DNA from: Amphiscolops sp. MND2022
Lineage: Eukaryota
Direction: 5' to 3'
Length of the DNA stretch: 64,000 bases
NCBI GenBank assembly: GCA_964187785.1
Contig: OZ076415.1
Location: 20,584,001 to 20,648,000 of the forward strand
Below are positions 1-11,942 of the stretch, piece by piece. The position numbers and the translations under genes are program-made. Every line of letters starts with the position of its first letter. Positions within the stretch are counted from its first letter, which is position 1. Below the pieces are notes generated by a model, which saw only the letters and a program-made list of their open reading frames with translations, did not search any database and was not told where the DNA came from.

Positions 1-147
1 CTCAGATTTTAAATACAAGTTGGCCAGACTCGTATTTCGTTGACATATCTTTCCGATTTATCAACTTCCTGTCTTCAAGTTTTTTGAACGGAAACGCTAA
101 CTTCCGGTTTTGTTTCTAGCATAATTCCATTCCGATTTTTATTTCAG

Positions 148-1429
148 GTTCTAGCTCAGCTACACAAACAAAACGCAGTGCCGAATGTTCTGAGCCGCGG
201 AAATCTGCTAGGATCCAAAGGACTCTGCTCGAATGCCGCTATAATCCCCGATTTTCCCTTGATGAAAAAGACCTTCCTCCAGCTTTTGTTCCTCAAGTTC
301 TATTGGAAGATAATTTCGACGAACTTGTGAATGCCATTGATTCGTCAGACTGTGTTTCTCCAAATGGGAAGCAGATAGATACAGCTGAGGATTTTCAGAC
401 TGGGACAGCTGATAAAGGCGACGCTCCTGAAGTAGCAGAATTTACCGAAGATCCTATACGTGAAAACCCGGTTGGACCATCAACACCTCCTGATGCCGCT
501 TCCTCAAAATTTGTGCACTGTAAAGACAAGGACTCTCCGACAACCCAGACTGGGAACACTCCAGTTTCGGCCAAAGGATCCCCTTTTACTCAGTATCTAA
601 TTAAAAAGACTGATCCCCCTAAGGAGCAAGGGAAAAGTGACACGTGTGCTGTTACTTCGGAGTCGAAAAGCCCCGAAAATCCTGACCCCCAGGACACTGG
701 GGCAACTCGTTTAGAAAGACTCTTAGCCGAAGCGGGAGAGGAAGCTGTTAATAAACAGATTCAACTCAGCTCCAACTTAATTGTTTCGGAATCTGCTGAA
801 ACCGATGAGCGCGGCGGGGTAGAAGGACGCCCCGTGACTGAGGCTATTACCGCAACAAATCCACCAGATGTAGTTGGAGACATTTATTAGCCATCCGATT
901 CAAGTTCAGACAGTAGCACCGATTCCGATCTGGAGGTGTCTTCTACTGAAGAGTTTATCGCTACTCCCGAGAAGCCTCTCAGGAAACGTAAGGCAGCGAA
1001 GAAAACTGGTCCAGCCAAAAAACGGGTTAAGCCTCAACATATGCTCGCCGAATGGATGTACGATAATACCCCATCCTCAGGTTCTTTGCCACAGCACCTT
1101 CTGATGCTGCCCGCCATCCAAATAAGTACCGCTGTCGCGTCTGTATGGTAGAACTTTCTCTCAAGACCAAAGGTCCTTTAGAAATGTTACGGCACTATCG
1201 GACCGATGCACATCTAGTACGGGAACACAGAATCCGTATGGAGACTCCTGGACTTGCACTATTCGATAAACAGTGCATAGAATTGAGTGGAATGGCCCTA
1301 AAGTACTCAAAGGAGAGAGCCAAACGGGAATACCCGATCGCCCCCAAACTTGGCGATTCTTACCTCCGAGCTGATCAGCAAGAACGGCCAGAAAAAACGG
1401 AACCAGATAACCCGGACAAGGAGACTTAG
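148..1429 (+). pseudogene. Unknown acidic/Pro-Ser-rich protein, frameshifted (possible Gypsy cargo gene A)
   Basis: A splice acceptor (ATTTCAG) ends at 147 and the frame stays open to the stop at 890. ORFs 936-1151 and 1145-1429 continue it in shifted frames, with a basic NLS-like stretch (KPLRKRKAAKK..KKRVK). No domain recognised. Confidence 0.45.
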
Positions 1430-1580
1430 TCACAAATGACCCTACTCAAGTTCGGATTACGGCATGGTGGGCATTTGGATTCTCTGGTCGCACTTTGGCA
1501 TGACTTGATGACGGAGACAAGGACTTCAGAATCTGTTTCTACACAGGATTGGAGGCCACACAGGATCTTGGTAAGTTGTT

Positions 1581-4181
1581 TTGGTAGTGGGTTTCGTCTG
1601 CAAAAGTTCTAGGTATTTGGGAAAGGTTGTTTCTTTAGAGGCGCTCCTAGTTCACATGTTTCGTGAGCTCCTATCATACTGCATTACTTCTATTGAATCC
1701 TCGGGCAGTTACTCCCTCCGATTGGCATTCACGGCACAAGAGACGAGGCTCTTTGTGAATTTCTGGTCTGGAAATTCATTCAACAGCAAGTGTTTAGCCG
1801 TTCTCCCCGGCCGGCCGACTTACCAACCAGTCTGCCTTGATTCCAATCATTAGCAGTTTCTTCGCTCTACTAGACAAAGAGGTACACCTGCTTTTCTTAT
1901 CTGGATTTTCTCGACGTCTTGCTTGGACTATTTCCCGGGTCCTACCCCAGCACAAAAGGATCTGCAGTACACCGAAATTTGGTCCTGAGGACTTGGAGGA
2001 TCTTCTGCTCGTTCCCACAGTCCAATTTCTTGACAGACTTGACTTCAGGAGTGTTCTGGATTTCCTGCTTCTCCGACTGAGATCCGCTTGTGGAAGCTCC
2101 TGGCTATCGTCCCTTCCAATTTTTGAAAAGGTTTATCTTTTATATTTCATTTTCCAAACATTTGTAGGAATATTTGCTTGGTGACATAATTTTATTTTCG
2201 TGTAAACACGGCTATTATGCCCTTGGTTCACAGTTCTCTTTCTTGCGTAGAGTTCTTTCCTTTTGGGAGAAAATAAGTTTCCTTTCGCATATGACACTCT
2301 GCAGTAATTTTTTTGTTGCATATCCAAGCTTGCAGCATAATGCAGCACAATTAGTCTTCTCAATTAGTTTCCCAAAAGTTTTGTTCATGATTACGTAATT
2401 GATTAGGTTGTAACGAGTGAGTCACTATACGATATTTGTTTCAAATTTCTGCACGTGAATATCTGTGTTCGACTGTTTGATTTTGACACGTGCTCTTTTT
2501 CACTTCATGTTGTTACGTAATAGAAGTCAAGATTTTTGTGTTGTTACAGTTGGCGTTCAATCTTGACTATGACCTAATACAAGCTGTTGAGATCCTCGAT
2601 CAACTGATTCAGAACTGGGAGCACGTCACTTCCCATGTGCGGGACAGCAGGAGAGTGGCTGCATATCGTTCTCATATCCAAGAGGTTTCTCTTTTTATTT
2701 GCTTCCTTATTGGGTATTCTTTGGTTTTTATATAATTTTTGGTTTCTTTCTAGCCTTCTGGGATGGATGACATCATCACCAAGGATCGTGTACTGGTTGT
2801 ACGGCTGTTTATCATCCGCAACATCTTGAGTCAATGTTAGTATTCATCTTTGATCGTTTTACTCCAGGTGTCATCTTCCAAAGTAGATTTCAATGTATTG
2901 CACAAAACTTCTTCTGTTTTGGTGGTTCCGTATTAGATTCATCTCACGCTTCATAAGTTTCCTTTTGTTCTAGACAATTCAACCTTCAAGGAAGTGGATG
3001 CGAGTGTAGCTGGAGGGTTTCGTATCTACAACCAGTTCTGTGTCTTTGTGTACACGCAGATGCAAACCATCTTCCCTACATCCTTCCTTGGGAGCATCAG
3101 CAATTGGGACAATTACATGCAATTAAACATGAGTGAGGTTACTTTGCCTATCAAGACAGTTGATGAATTTCTGCAGGATAAAGACCTCTCCGATCTGTTA
3201 CATAGAAGCAAGATCCCAACCCCTCGGAAGTTCGCTGAGCAAGTCATATCATTCCACCGTTATTTTGTCAAACAGTTGCTTTCTTGTGAAATGGCTACAT
3301 CTTCATTTGCTCGTGGGCTGTCGTCGTTCGATGAAGCTGTGATACGCGATGGAGAAGAGGCGCAGTATGAAGACTCTATCCAAACCCTTGCTGGATACTT
3401 CGTTCAACAGCGATGGATCTCCCCCCATGTAAAGCCTGTTATAGTGAGCGAGTACTGTTCTCTCGTCACCAAATTTCGTGCAGACAAAGTTTCTAGCTCA
3501 AAGGAATGGGTCAGTTTCATTTCCTGCTACTATGAGCTTCAATGCAGATTGGAATTATTCCGCCTCTTTTAAGTTGGTTGTGAATCCCTCAGAAGCCCTT
3601 GTTGTCCACCTCCAAACTTTGTTGTACCTTTGCCTGGCTTAAAATTTAGTAAAGTGGAATTCTCTTCTTGCGTGAGGAGCCTTCAGTGTTCCCTCAGTTC
3701 CATTCAAAAGGTAGAGAGTCTTTTCTTATCAACAGCTGCACTTTCTCGTGCATACGATCTCCTCAACCAAGGGCCTGGGCTACTTCTCAAACGCAAGTTC
3801 TCAGTATGGAATCTCCTGAGTTCTACTCGTTTTTTGAAGATTGGCTTGCTGTCTACTTTGGAATCCTGTTACGCCAAGAATGTTGCTGTTGACAGTCGTA
3901 CTTGGATTACTGCAGAGAAAGAACCCAGCCTTTGCTCTAGCTGTAGTAGTAGTAATGCTAGTTCCTCTGTGAAGTCTTTTTCAGCGAAATCTTCCCCAGA
4001 GAAGTCTTCTCCTGAGAAGTCGTCTCCAGATAAGACTAAACAGCCAGTTACTGCAGATTCCAGTGTTGCCCCAGTTGTTCGTAGTTTGATTGAGCTTCCC
4101 TTCCTAACTGCTTCAACTTCTGCTGTCTCTTCCGCTGGTGATAAGAAGAAGCAGAAGAAAGGAAAACCAGCTATGCATTAG
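1581..4181 (+). pseudogene. Unknown multi-exon protein with one in-frame stop (possible Gypsy cargo gene B)
   Basis: Phase-0-compatible GT-AG introns at 2131-2549 and 2685-2753 join the ORF pieces. ORFs 2994-3572 and 3630-4181 share a frame, separated by a single TAA. The C-terminus is Ser-rich with KSSPE/KSSPD repeats and a basic tail. Confidence 0.5.
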
Positions 4182-4326
4182 CGAATAGTCAGATTTAGAT
4201 AAACTTTGTTTACGCCAATTGCTCAATTTAGGCTACAACTTTCGCAATTTTCATTGCTTCTTTTCTTGATTTTTGTTGATTATTTAACAGAAAGCTAGGG
4301 AGTTGAGTTTGTATTACTTTTTGTTT

Positions 4327-5486
4327 TTAATATCGGTAGGAGTCTGGAAAGTTAGGATTTGGGTTGGGTCGTAGATTGTATTTTTCACCACGTGTATTAG
4401 TAGGGGTTTTTTCTTTTTGAACCTCATCATTTTCTTGATTTCCATCTGTATTTTCTGGGGACTTTTCTGCATCAATAGTAGGGTTAGGTTGTAAGTCTTG
4501 TTGATTATCATTTATATCGATTTCATTTTCTGCGTTTTCGGGTAGAGTTTCTATATTAGGAACGGTAGTTTGTTCTACCGGGGCTCCCCCACTGTTTTTT
4601 GAAATTTCGGGGGAGGGTGGGTGGTTTATCGGTACATATTCTTGTATGTCATCTTGTTCATTATCTGGGAGTTCTGTTTCAAATGGATCTGTACCAAAGT
4701 TTGTATCCCATGTATGGGCATACAGATCATCGTGTGTAACTATTATGTTGTCATCTTTTTGCCAATCTGTTCCTCTGACGAAATTATCAACTGGTGGAGC
4801 GCTAGGTGTAAATTTCCTCAGACGTATTCGATGTAACAGTTGTGTTTTGTTTGTTCCTAGCCTTCGTACGATGTAGTTATTGTTCGGTAGGACTTTTTCA
4901 ACTTTGTAAGGACCTATCCAACGGAATTCGCGGAACGGAAATTTTGTTGCTTGTGTGTCTGCCTTTGGGTTCAGTATATAGCAGTAGTCTGTTGTTGTAA
5001 GCGGTGCTGCTTTTGCCTTGCGGTCGTAGTATGCTTTATATTTTAAGTATGACTGCATGATATTCTTTTTGGTTTGGTCCTTGAGTATGTCCATTCTGCG
5101 TTGTATTTCTTCTGCAATGTCAGTCTGTGGAGTATACCGTGGGTTAGGATTATAGCCTAGCTTGTAGTCTAGGATGTTATGTGGCACCTGCCGTGGAAAA
5201 CACGGGTGGGTTCACATCCTAAGCTGGCATGACACGTTGTATTGTGGTTTAAGACGGCCAGTGGTAGAAATTTGTGCCAATTATTGCGGAATTCACCTGT
5301 AGCTGCTTTCAAATGTGTTTTTACTGTAGCATGAGTGCGTTCTAGCATGCCAATTGTTTGTGCATGTTTTGTCGAAGCATGTTTTAGTGCAACTCTAAGC
5401 ACTGCTGCTACTTCTCGGGTGATTTGTGAGTTGAATTGAGTGCCCATGTCAGTTATTATGGTCGTTGGTAAGTATGTGTCTACCAA
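4327..5486 (-). mobile_element. Ty3/Gypsy retrotransposon integrase core and C-terminal extension, 5'-truncated and frameshifted
   Basis: rve motifs IITDMGTQF and GMLERTH..K, then LAVLNHNTT..SLGCEP, a GPY/F motif (WIGPYKV) and a C-terminal YNLRP. Frameshift near 5170-5187; the element is cut at ~5481. Confidence 0.9.
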
Positions 5487-5814
5487 AAGAAAATTGTTAC
5501 TAGATTACACAAGACATAGGCTTAATAATCGTACAATAGGCACAATGGTATATTAAATCCGACTTTAGTTAAGTATCCAGTAAACTGCAATTTCAACGAA
5601 AATAGTCTGTTATTGCGGTCTGTTTTTACATTTCTGCTTTCTTCCGAAGCACTTTCATGATTCGTTCCATGTTGTCATCATAATCAGTACCCTCATAATG
5701 GAAACATGAGCGGAGTGTCACCAATGCCTCCAAACATATGATAAGTGACGGCATAGGTACCGGATCAGGGTCTTCAACTATAAACTCATCGTCGCTTACA
5801 ACTTAATCTTCAGA
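5481..5814 (-). mobile_element. pogo/Tigger-like transposon fragment (transposase C-terminus plus 3' sequence), copy 1
   Basis: A 334-bp near-identical direct repeat of 10455-10788, which encodes the KQTAITDYF-type C-terminal motif of pogo/Tigger transposases. Confidence 0.6.
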
Positions 5815-5865
5815 AGGAGACACTTGATCTGGTGAAGGAGAGGTGAAAAAACTGAAAAAGTCAAT

Positions 5866-8590
5866 ATATATATATATTTTTTTCTGTATGAAAAACCCCT
5901 ATTTGCGGGAGGATGTTAATATTAGCAGTTCATGAATCAATATGTTCAGTTTATTTGCATTCAAAATGTAGTTTCTGAGTTGTTCACAATCAGTCTTCGT
6001 CATTAGATTTCGTGTCGCTACACCTGGGGGTCTCTCGTTGTAAAGTGGGCAGCAGAAGAAAAAGTGATATAGATTGTCTTCACACTTTCCACACATACAC
6101 AATGATGACTCGCATTTCCACATTTTCCAGGAATATTCGGCAAAAGCAAAGGAGTACCCAATAACTAACTCGCAGATTTTGTTCGCAATGTAAGGGTCTC
6201 CAGTTATCAACGGGCAACAGGTGTTCACCTGTGGTTGTGTGTTGGGTAGATGCTGCATGAGCCCTTCGTTCAGTAAGCTGCTACATCTCCTAATCCACTT
6301 ATGTTCGATGAATTGGTGTATTTCTCGTTTGCTGTATTCAGACATAGTTTCGTCGTCGAGGAACTTTCTGAAATTAAACAGTTTGCTTTCCAATGCTGCA
6401 GATTTACTTCTGCCATTGTGTCTGAAGAGTAAGTGGGTATTACTCACCAAATCTTTGGCTTTTATGACCTTGATAACAATTTTACCTTCAATGGCATCTT
6501 TGTATAGGTCAATTGGAGGTGTTCCCAACAAAGTTTCACATGTGCTGATCGTAGGAGAGAAGCTATGTCTAAAGATTGTTCTAGTGCAACGATTTTGAAT
6601 TCTTAGCACATAATTTCTATTTTTCTCAAACCATTTTGCAGATGCATATAGAAGCTGTGGGATGATAATAGTCTTGTAGAGGGGAACCAAAGCAGAAAGT
6701 GTCAGGCTCCATTCACATCCCAAGACACTCGAGACTATATCCCAGCTACGTTTAGCTTTGTTACATACTCTTTCGGCGTGATCGTTATAACTCAGCTTAT
6801 CATCAATCAGCAGACCGAGTGATTTTGTGACTCTTGTGATTGCACATACTTCATTGTTCAGGATAGGAACGGAGATGTTTTTTTCTAATTTCAATAAAAT
6901 TAGTTCTGTCTTGGAGCCATTTACACCCCATTCTCCTTTTGTTGCACCAATTTTCGATTCCCCTGCAAGATATTTCAAGTTTTTCAGAGAAGTCGCTTTC
7001 ATTTATGCCTTGAATCATAATAGCACTGTCGTCGGCAATTTTGTAGTGACAAGGTTCGTCATTTAAAAAGTCGTTCAGAAATATTACAAACAGTAGTGGT
7101 GACAAGACGCTACTCTGGGGACTCCAATGTCTATTTTAAAGGCAGACGAAAGATAGTCTGCTAACTCTATAATCGCCTCTCGGTTCTTTAGAAAAGTTGG
7201 TATGATGGAGAACATTTTGCCATTCACATGATAATGTCTAAGTGTATACAGTAAGCCATCAATCAACACACTGTCAAAGGCCATTTCTAGGTCAATGCTG
7301 AGTAACGCAGTCGGTGTTTTTGTAATTCTTGCGTGTTCTAGGTTGAGATGTAGCCTGTATAAAGATCTGACAGTCTTTCGTTTTCTTCTAAAACCTTCTT
7401 GTTCGTCAAGCAGCACATTGCTATTTACGCTCAAAAACCTTGCCAAAATGACTAGCAATGGATAACGGTCTGACTGTAGCTGGAGCAGTCGTCATACCTG
7501 TGTTTGTTGGGTTTCCTGATAAACACTGTTCATGACAGAGACCAGGGCCATACTGCATGGTCCCAACACCCATTGTAAATCTCCAGGAGGAATGTTTTTG
7601 TGTTGGGCCCTAGATTTTTGATCAATTTGACATGGAAACCGTCGGAGTCGAAAGAATTGGTGTTTGAAGATTGTTTCATTGATACCTATAGTTCATCTAA
7701 TGTAGAAGGATCACTGAACATTTCTAAGAAATTCTCAGAGGTATCATTGATCGAGTCCAGATAACATGAGACACTTTTTGCCATGGATTCATCGAAGTTG
7801 TCCGTTTTCAAATGTTTTCTACGGAAAAAAGTCGCTTGGAGTTCTTGTGCTATATCGTTTTTTGAGAGCAGCAGTTCCCCATGTTTATTCTTGATGAGGC
7901 TCAATTGAGGACTGCTTTCAGAGAAAAGTTTTTTGTAGGACACTCAAAAGGCTTTGCCACGTTTGTGACCCAATGCCTTCAAATCGTCTTTCATCCAATC
8001 TGACGCTTTTTCAGTGACAAGTCGTTTGAAAGTTTCTTTCGCCTCCACTAGTTTTTTCAGATTGGCATGGCATGATGTGATTTATAAATAAACTTCCGCC
8101 TGGTCTGCTTGAGCTCTTTACTGGCTATAGTTAACTAAGGGCACCAGAATGGTTTACTGTGTTGCGTAACTTTTTTTGAAGGAATGAAAAAATGAGTGGC
8201 ATCTCTTAATGAATTTTTGAAAGAATACCACATTTCTAAAGCACCTGCCGAAGTCTTTCCAGTGAGCATTTTCGTTTCTTCGCTCCATTCTTCCCACATT
8301 GCTTTTTCAATCCATGGCTTCTCCTTGGAATAAACTATTGTCGATTTAACAAGTGTGACTTTCACTGGCAAGTGTCCTCTGGAAGGGGCTCCTGTGAAGA
8401 GTTCGGTATCGACGTCAGTGGTAAGCGAGTAATTGTATTTGGTAATGAAATTTCCGTAGCAGATGCACATATAATTAGATGGAAAAAGAAAAGACTGCTT
8501 CGAAATTTCTTATGTCGAACTTTGGTGGAAACGAAAATGCAACCTAAAACTCAATTGTTCGATATGAAAGCATTTCGTTCGGGAATGCCT
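5866..8590 (-). mobile_element. Non-LTR retrotransposon (LINE, APE-RT ORF2, jockey/I-like), fragmented
   Basis: APE C-terminal motif (SRGHLPV). RT motifs QEGFR, SIDLEMAFDSV, GVP..SPLLFVIFLND and KIADD. Thumb region LYKTIIIPQLLYAS..W and a C-terminal CxC..H...C. The 3' end has an A run plus (TA)n at ~5866-5884. Multiple frameshifts. Confidence 0.88.
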
Positions 8591-8614
8591 TAAATATATC
8601 AAAATAACCTAACC

Positions 8615-10437
8615 AGGGGAACGGAATAAGACCTACGGCATAAGAACTAAATCGAAAACGGGAATAAGACCTAATAAAAACTCATTTTTCGGGAATAAGA
8701 CCTAAAAATTTATGTCTTGTTCGTACTTTCGGAAAAGGACAATGAAGCGGAATAAGACCTAAAAATCGGAACAACACCTAAAAAGTGGGAATAAGACCTA
8801 AAAACGAGAATAGGATCTAAATGCGGAATGAGACCCAAGGGGAGAACGGAATAGTCTTTGAAGGAATAAGATCTGAAATTTTCTTCAATTTAAAACGTGC
8901 CTCTGATATTTCCCCTATTTCATCTAGTGCCCCTCGGCCCCTAGGGGCCGCCTTTGTACCCATCTTGCTAAGTGAGGGAGAGTGTGAATACACCGGACAT
9001 GCCCCTACAAAAGAAAGTGAAAGTACCGAACATTCTGTGAGACAATACTGAAAATTTTTGAATAAAATGATTTGAGATGTGACTAAAATCAATGAGAGGA
9101 AAGAAAAGATGATGAAAAACTTGTTTTTTATTGTTTTTTTTGTGTTGATTGCCTCAGTTTCATCTGCTGGAGACTTTTTGTCTTCACGTTTTGCAATATT
9201 TTTCGATGCCTAATGGTTTTCTGTGTTGATTGCATTAATTTTCAGACTTTGGAGTAAAATTTGGCTCGAAATGTTTTTTTTTAAAGTTTTTTAGGTCTTA
9301 TTCCGCATTTTAGGCCTTATTCCTGTTTTTGGGTGCCTGTAAATAGGTCGAATTTTCAGGTCGAGAGGACAGAGGTCGAACCTTTTGATCGAATTGCAGG
9401 GATCGGATGGAATGCGTTCGAATTTTATCGTATTTGTTGTATGGCTCGGTCGCTTCGCTCCCTTCGCCGAGTAGCAACATTGAGGCATGGCCATATGGGG
9501 TAAATGGTCATTTGGCTTAATGAAATTTGGCCTAAAGTCATTTGGCTTAATAAAATTGGTCACTTGGCCTATTTTTCCTAAGCTAAGTGTCTCGGGTATT
9601 GGTCACTTGGCTTAAAGTCATTTGACCTAAAACCACTTAGTTGAAAAAACGTGGCAGATTTTGTCGAATTTATCTTTATAACGTAGTCAGTGTTTTATTA
9701 TAACAAGTCATATCATGTACCCCTCGGATATGTCCCCATTTCCTCTAGTGCCCTGCGGCCCCTTGGGGCCGCTTATATTCCCATCTTGCTAAGCGAGGTC
9801 GAACAGGACCAAAGACCTAGCTGGAACTGAGATCGCGAAGCGATCGTAGTGGGAGCTGGTCTTTGCGACAGTGAGGGCGAGCGTGCATTTATTGGATATG
9901 CCCCACATTTTGATATTTCCGGGAGTTAACATATTTATTCCTTGAGTTGGAATGGAGTTGGCTTAATTTTGTGGTCACTTGGCTTAAAATTTTTAGGCCA
10001 AATGACTCGACGAAAAAATTAAGCCAAATGGTATTAAGCCGAGTTACTGGTAACCGTCACTTGGCTTAAAATTTTTAGGCCAAATGACTCGACGAAAAAA
10101 TTAAGCCAAATGGTATTAAGCCAAGTGACTGATAACCACATATGGCACGTCGCTCCGCTTCGCTTCGCTCCTGCATTCAGGGAACTAGGGATACGTGAAC
10201 ATATCTGACTACGTTATAAAATTTTCGATCCGAGTTGTTTCGATCCCATTCAAAAATTTGGTATGTCGACCTGAGTACTAACTCTGATTTTCGATCCCGT
10301 TCCTTCAACCTATTTCCACCCACCCCCTGTTTTTTAGGTCTTATTCCGCATTTTAGTCCTAATTCCTGTTTTTTAGGTCCTATTCCTTTAGGTCTTATTC
10401 CTTTTGAACTTTTAGGTCTTATTCCTTAGGTCACCAA
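8615..10437. repeat. Nested non-autonomous foldback/MITE cluster with inverted subterminal repeat arrays
   Basis: A GGAATAAGACCTA array at 8620-8830 faces TAGGTCTTATTCC arrays at 9290-9330 and 10330-10430. Inner arrays are TTGGCTTAA/TTAAGCCAA and TTCGATCC. A ~100-bp module occurs twice (8910-9007 and 9730-9907), each carrying a GC hairpin (CGGCCCCTAGGGGCCG). Confidence 0.65.
9974..10137. repeat. Two tandem 82-bp self-complementary (hairpin) units
   Basis: GTCACTTGGCTTAA...TTAAGCC(G/A)AGT(T/G)AC units start at 9974 and 10056. The ends of each unit are inverted repeats. Confidence 0.85.
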
Positions 10438-10454
10438 CTGAACCGTACCAAAGT

Positions 10455-11082
10455 TACCAAAAGAAAATTGTTACTAGATTACACAAGACATAGGCTTAAT
10501 AATCGTACAATAAGCACAATGGTACATTAAATCCGACTTTAATTAAGTATCCAGTAAACTGCTATTTCAACGAAAATAGTCTGTTATCGCGGTCTGCTTT
10601 TTCATTTCTGCTTTCTTCCGAAGCACTTTCATGATTCGTTCCATGTCGTCATCATATTCAGTACCCTCATAATGGAAACATGAGCGGAGTTTCACCAATG
10701 CCTCCAAACATATGATAAGTGACGGCATAGGTACCGGATCAGGGTCTTCAACTATAAACTCATCGTCGCTTACAACTTGATCTTCAGACTGGTCGTTTGT
10801 CTGATGAACGGCCAAGTTACATTGTTGACACAAGGTCTTGCGACACTTGACGCTGAGCAAATGTATCACGCGCTGACAATAACCATGAATGAAGAGACTC
10901 AATTTCGTTATATGCCAACATTTTTCTTGCTTGGGTGATTATCATTGGTTCGGTATACACACATTTCGTTATAGCCGCGATTTTTTTGCATGTGAAACAT
11001 AGGGAAAAAATCGAGGAATTAAAATTTGTTCGGTATAAGCACATTTCGTTCTAGCCGCATTCGTTATGGCCGCACTTTACTA
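10455..11082 (-). mobile_element. Internally deleted pogo/Tigger-like DNA transposon derivative, copy 2
   Basis: ORF 10567-10902 ends in KKQTAITDYFR. The right end reads (minus strand) TA|TAGTAAAGTGCGGCCATAACGAA, resembling CAGT..TATAACGAA-type TIRs, and has a duplicated subterminal motif (10947-10978 and 11027-11058). Confidence 0.6.
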
Positions 11083-11942
11083 TACCACGAAGTCGTAGCA
11101 ATTGCCAGGTAAAGATAACACCTGTCTCAATGAAACATCTCGCTTGTGTACCTTCGCTAATCCGTACCAGCGAGCAGGTTTGGCTTCAGTCTATCTGACC
11201 CTACTGTAGAGGTCCTCTGAGATATTTTGATCCCCCATCCATGTCATCAACTTTCTAACTTTCTGTTGACGGGTGTCTCAGTTGTTATAAAAACGTCCTC
11301 TTTACTTCCTCACCTCAAGTGTTCAGCTTGTGTAAACACCGACAGGCGGCTTTGTTACTAGAGGAACAGAATGAGACCTAAATAGAAAACTTGAATAAGA
11401 CCTAATAAAAATTCCTTTTTCGAAAAAGACCTAAAGGTTCTTTTTCTGTACATTGGTAATAATGGTTTTTGAGGTTTTCAGTCGAAATGGAATACGAAGT
11501 AATCGAAGGAAAGAGAAAAGGGGTAAAACGAAAAAAGATCTGAAGGAAGTTATATTTTCTTTAGATCGAGAAGAATTAAAGGCGCTATTAAACTGGTAGA
11601 GTGAATAATTTTGCGCTATATAAATGATTGATTCATGCTTCTCCTATTAAACATGAAAGCCTAAAAGCAGAAATGATACTGTGCCCCGTTTTTTAAAATC
11701 TATTTATCACTTGTTTATTTTATAATCGCAATAAGTAATATGAATTATAGACTGTCGGTCTACTGGGGCAGTGACCGGCATTTTGCATTTCAGAGTTTGG
11801 ATTTTTCTAGGACAAGTCTCTCGATTGAGCCGCAAGTTCATCGGGTATAAATTTCGAAGCTGCTGCTTTATGAAGACTTACGGTGTACTTTGAGTCCCTT
11901 ATTGATTTTTTCAGATGATTGTGATATCCTAATACAGCTGAA

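Noticed and set aside
9974-10137. Palindromic repeats as a CRISPR array
   Set aside because: There are no unique spacers and no cas genes, and the context is eukaryotic.
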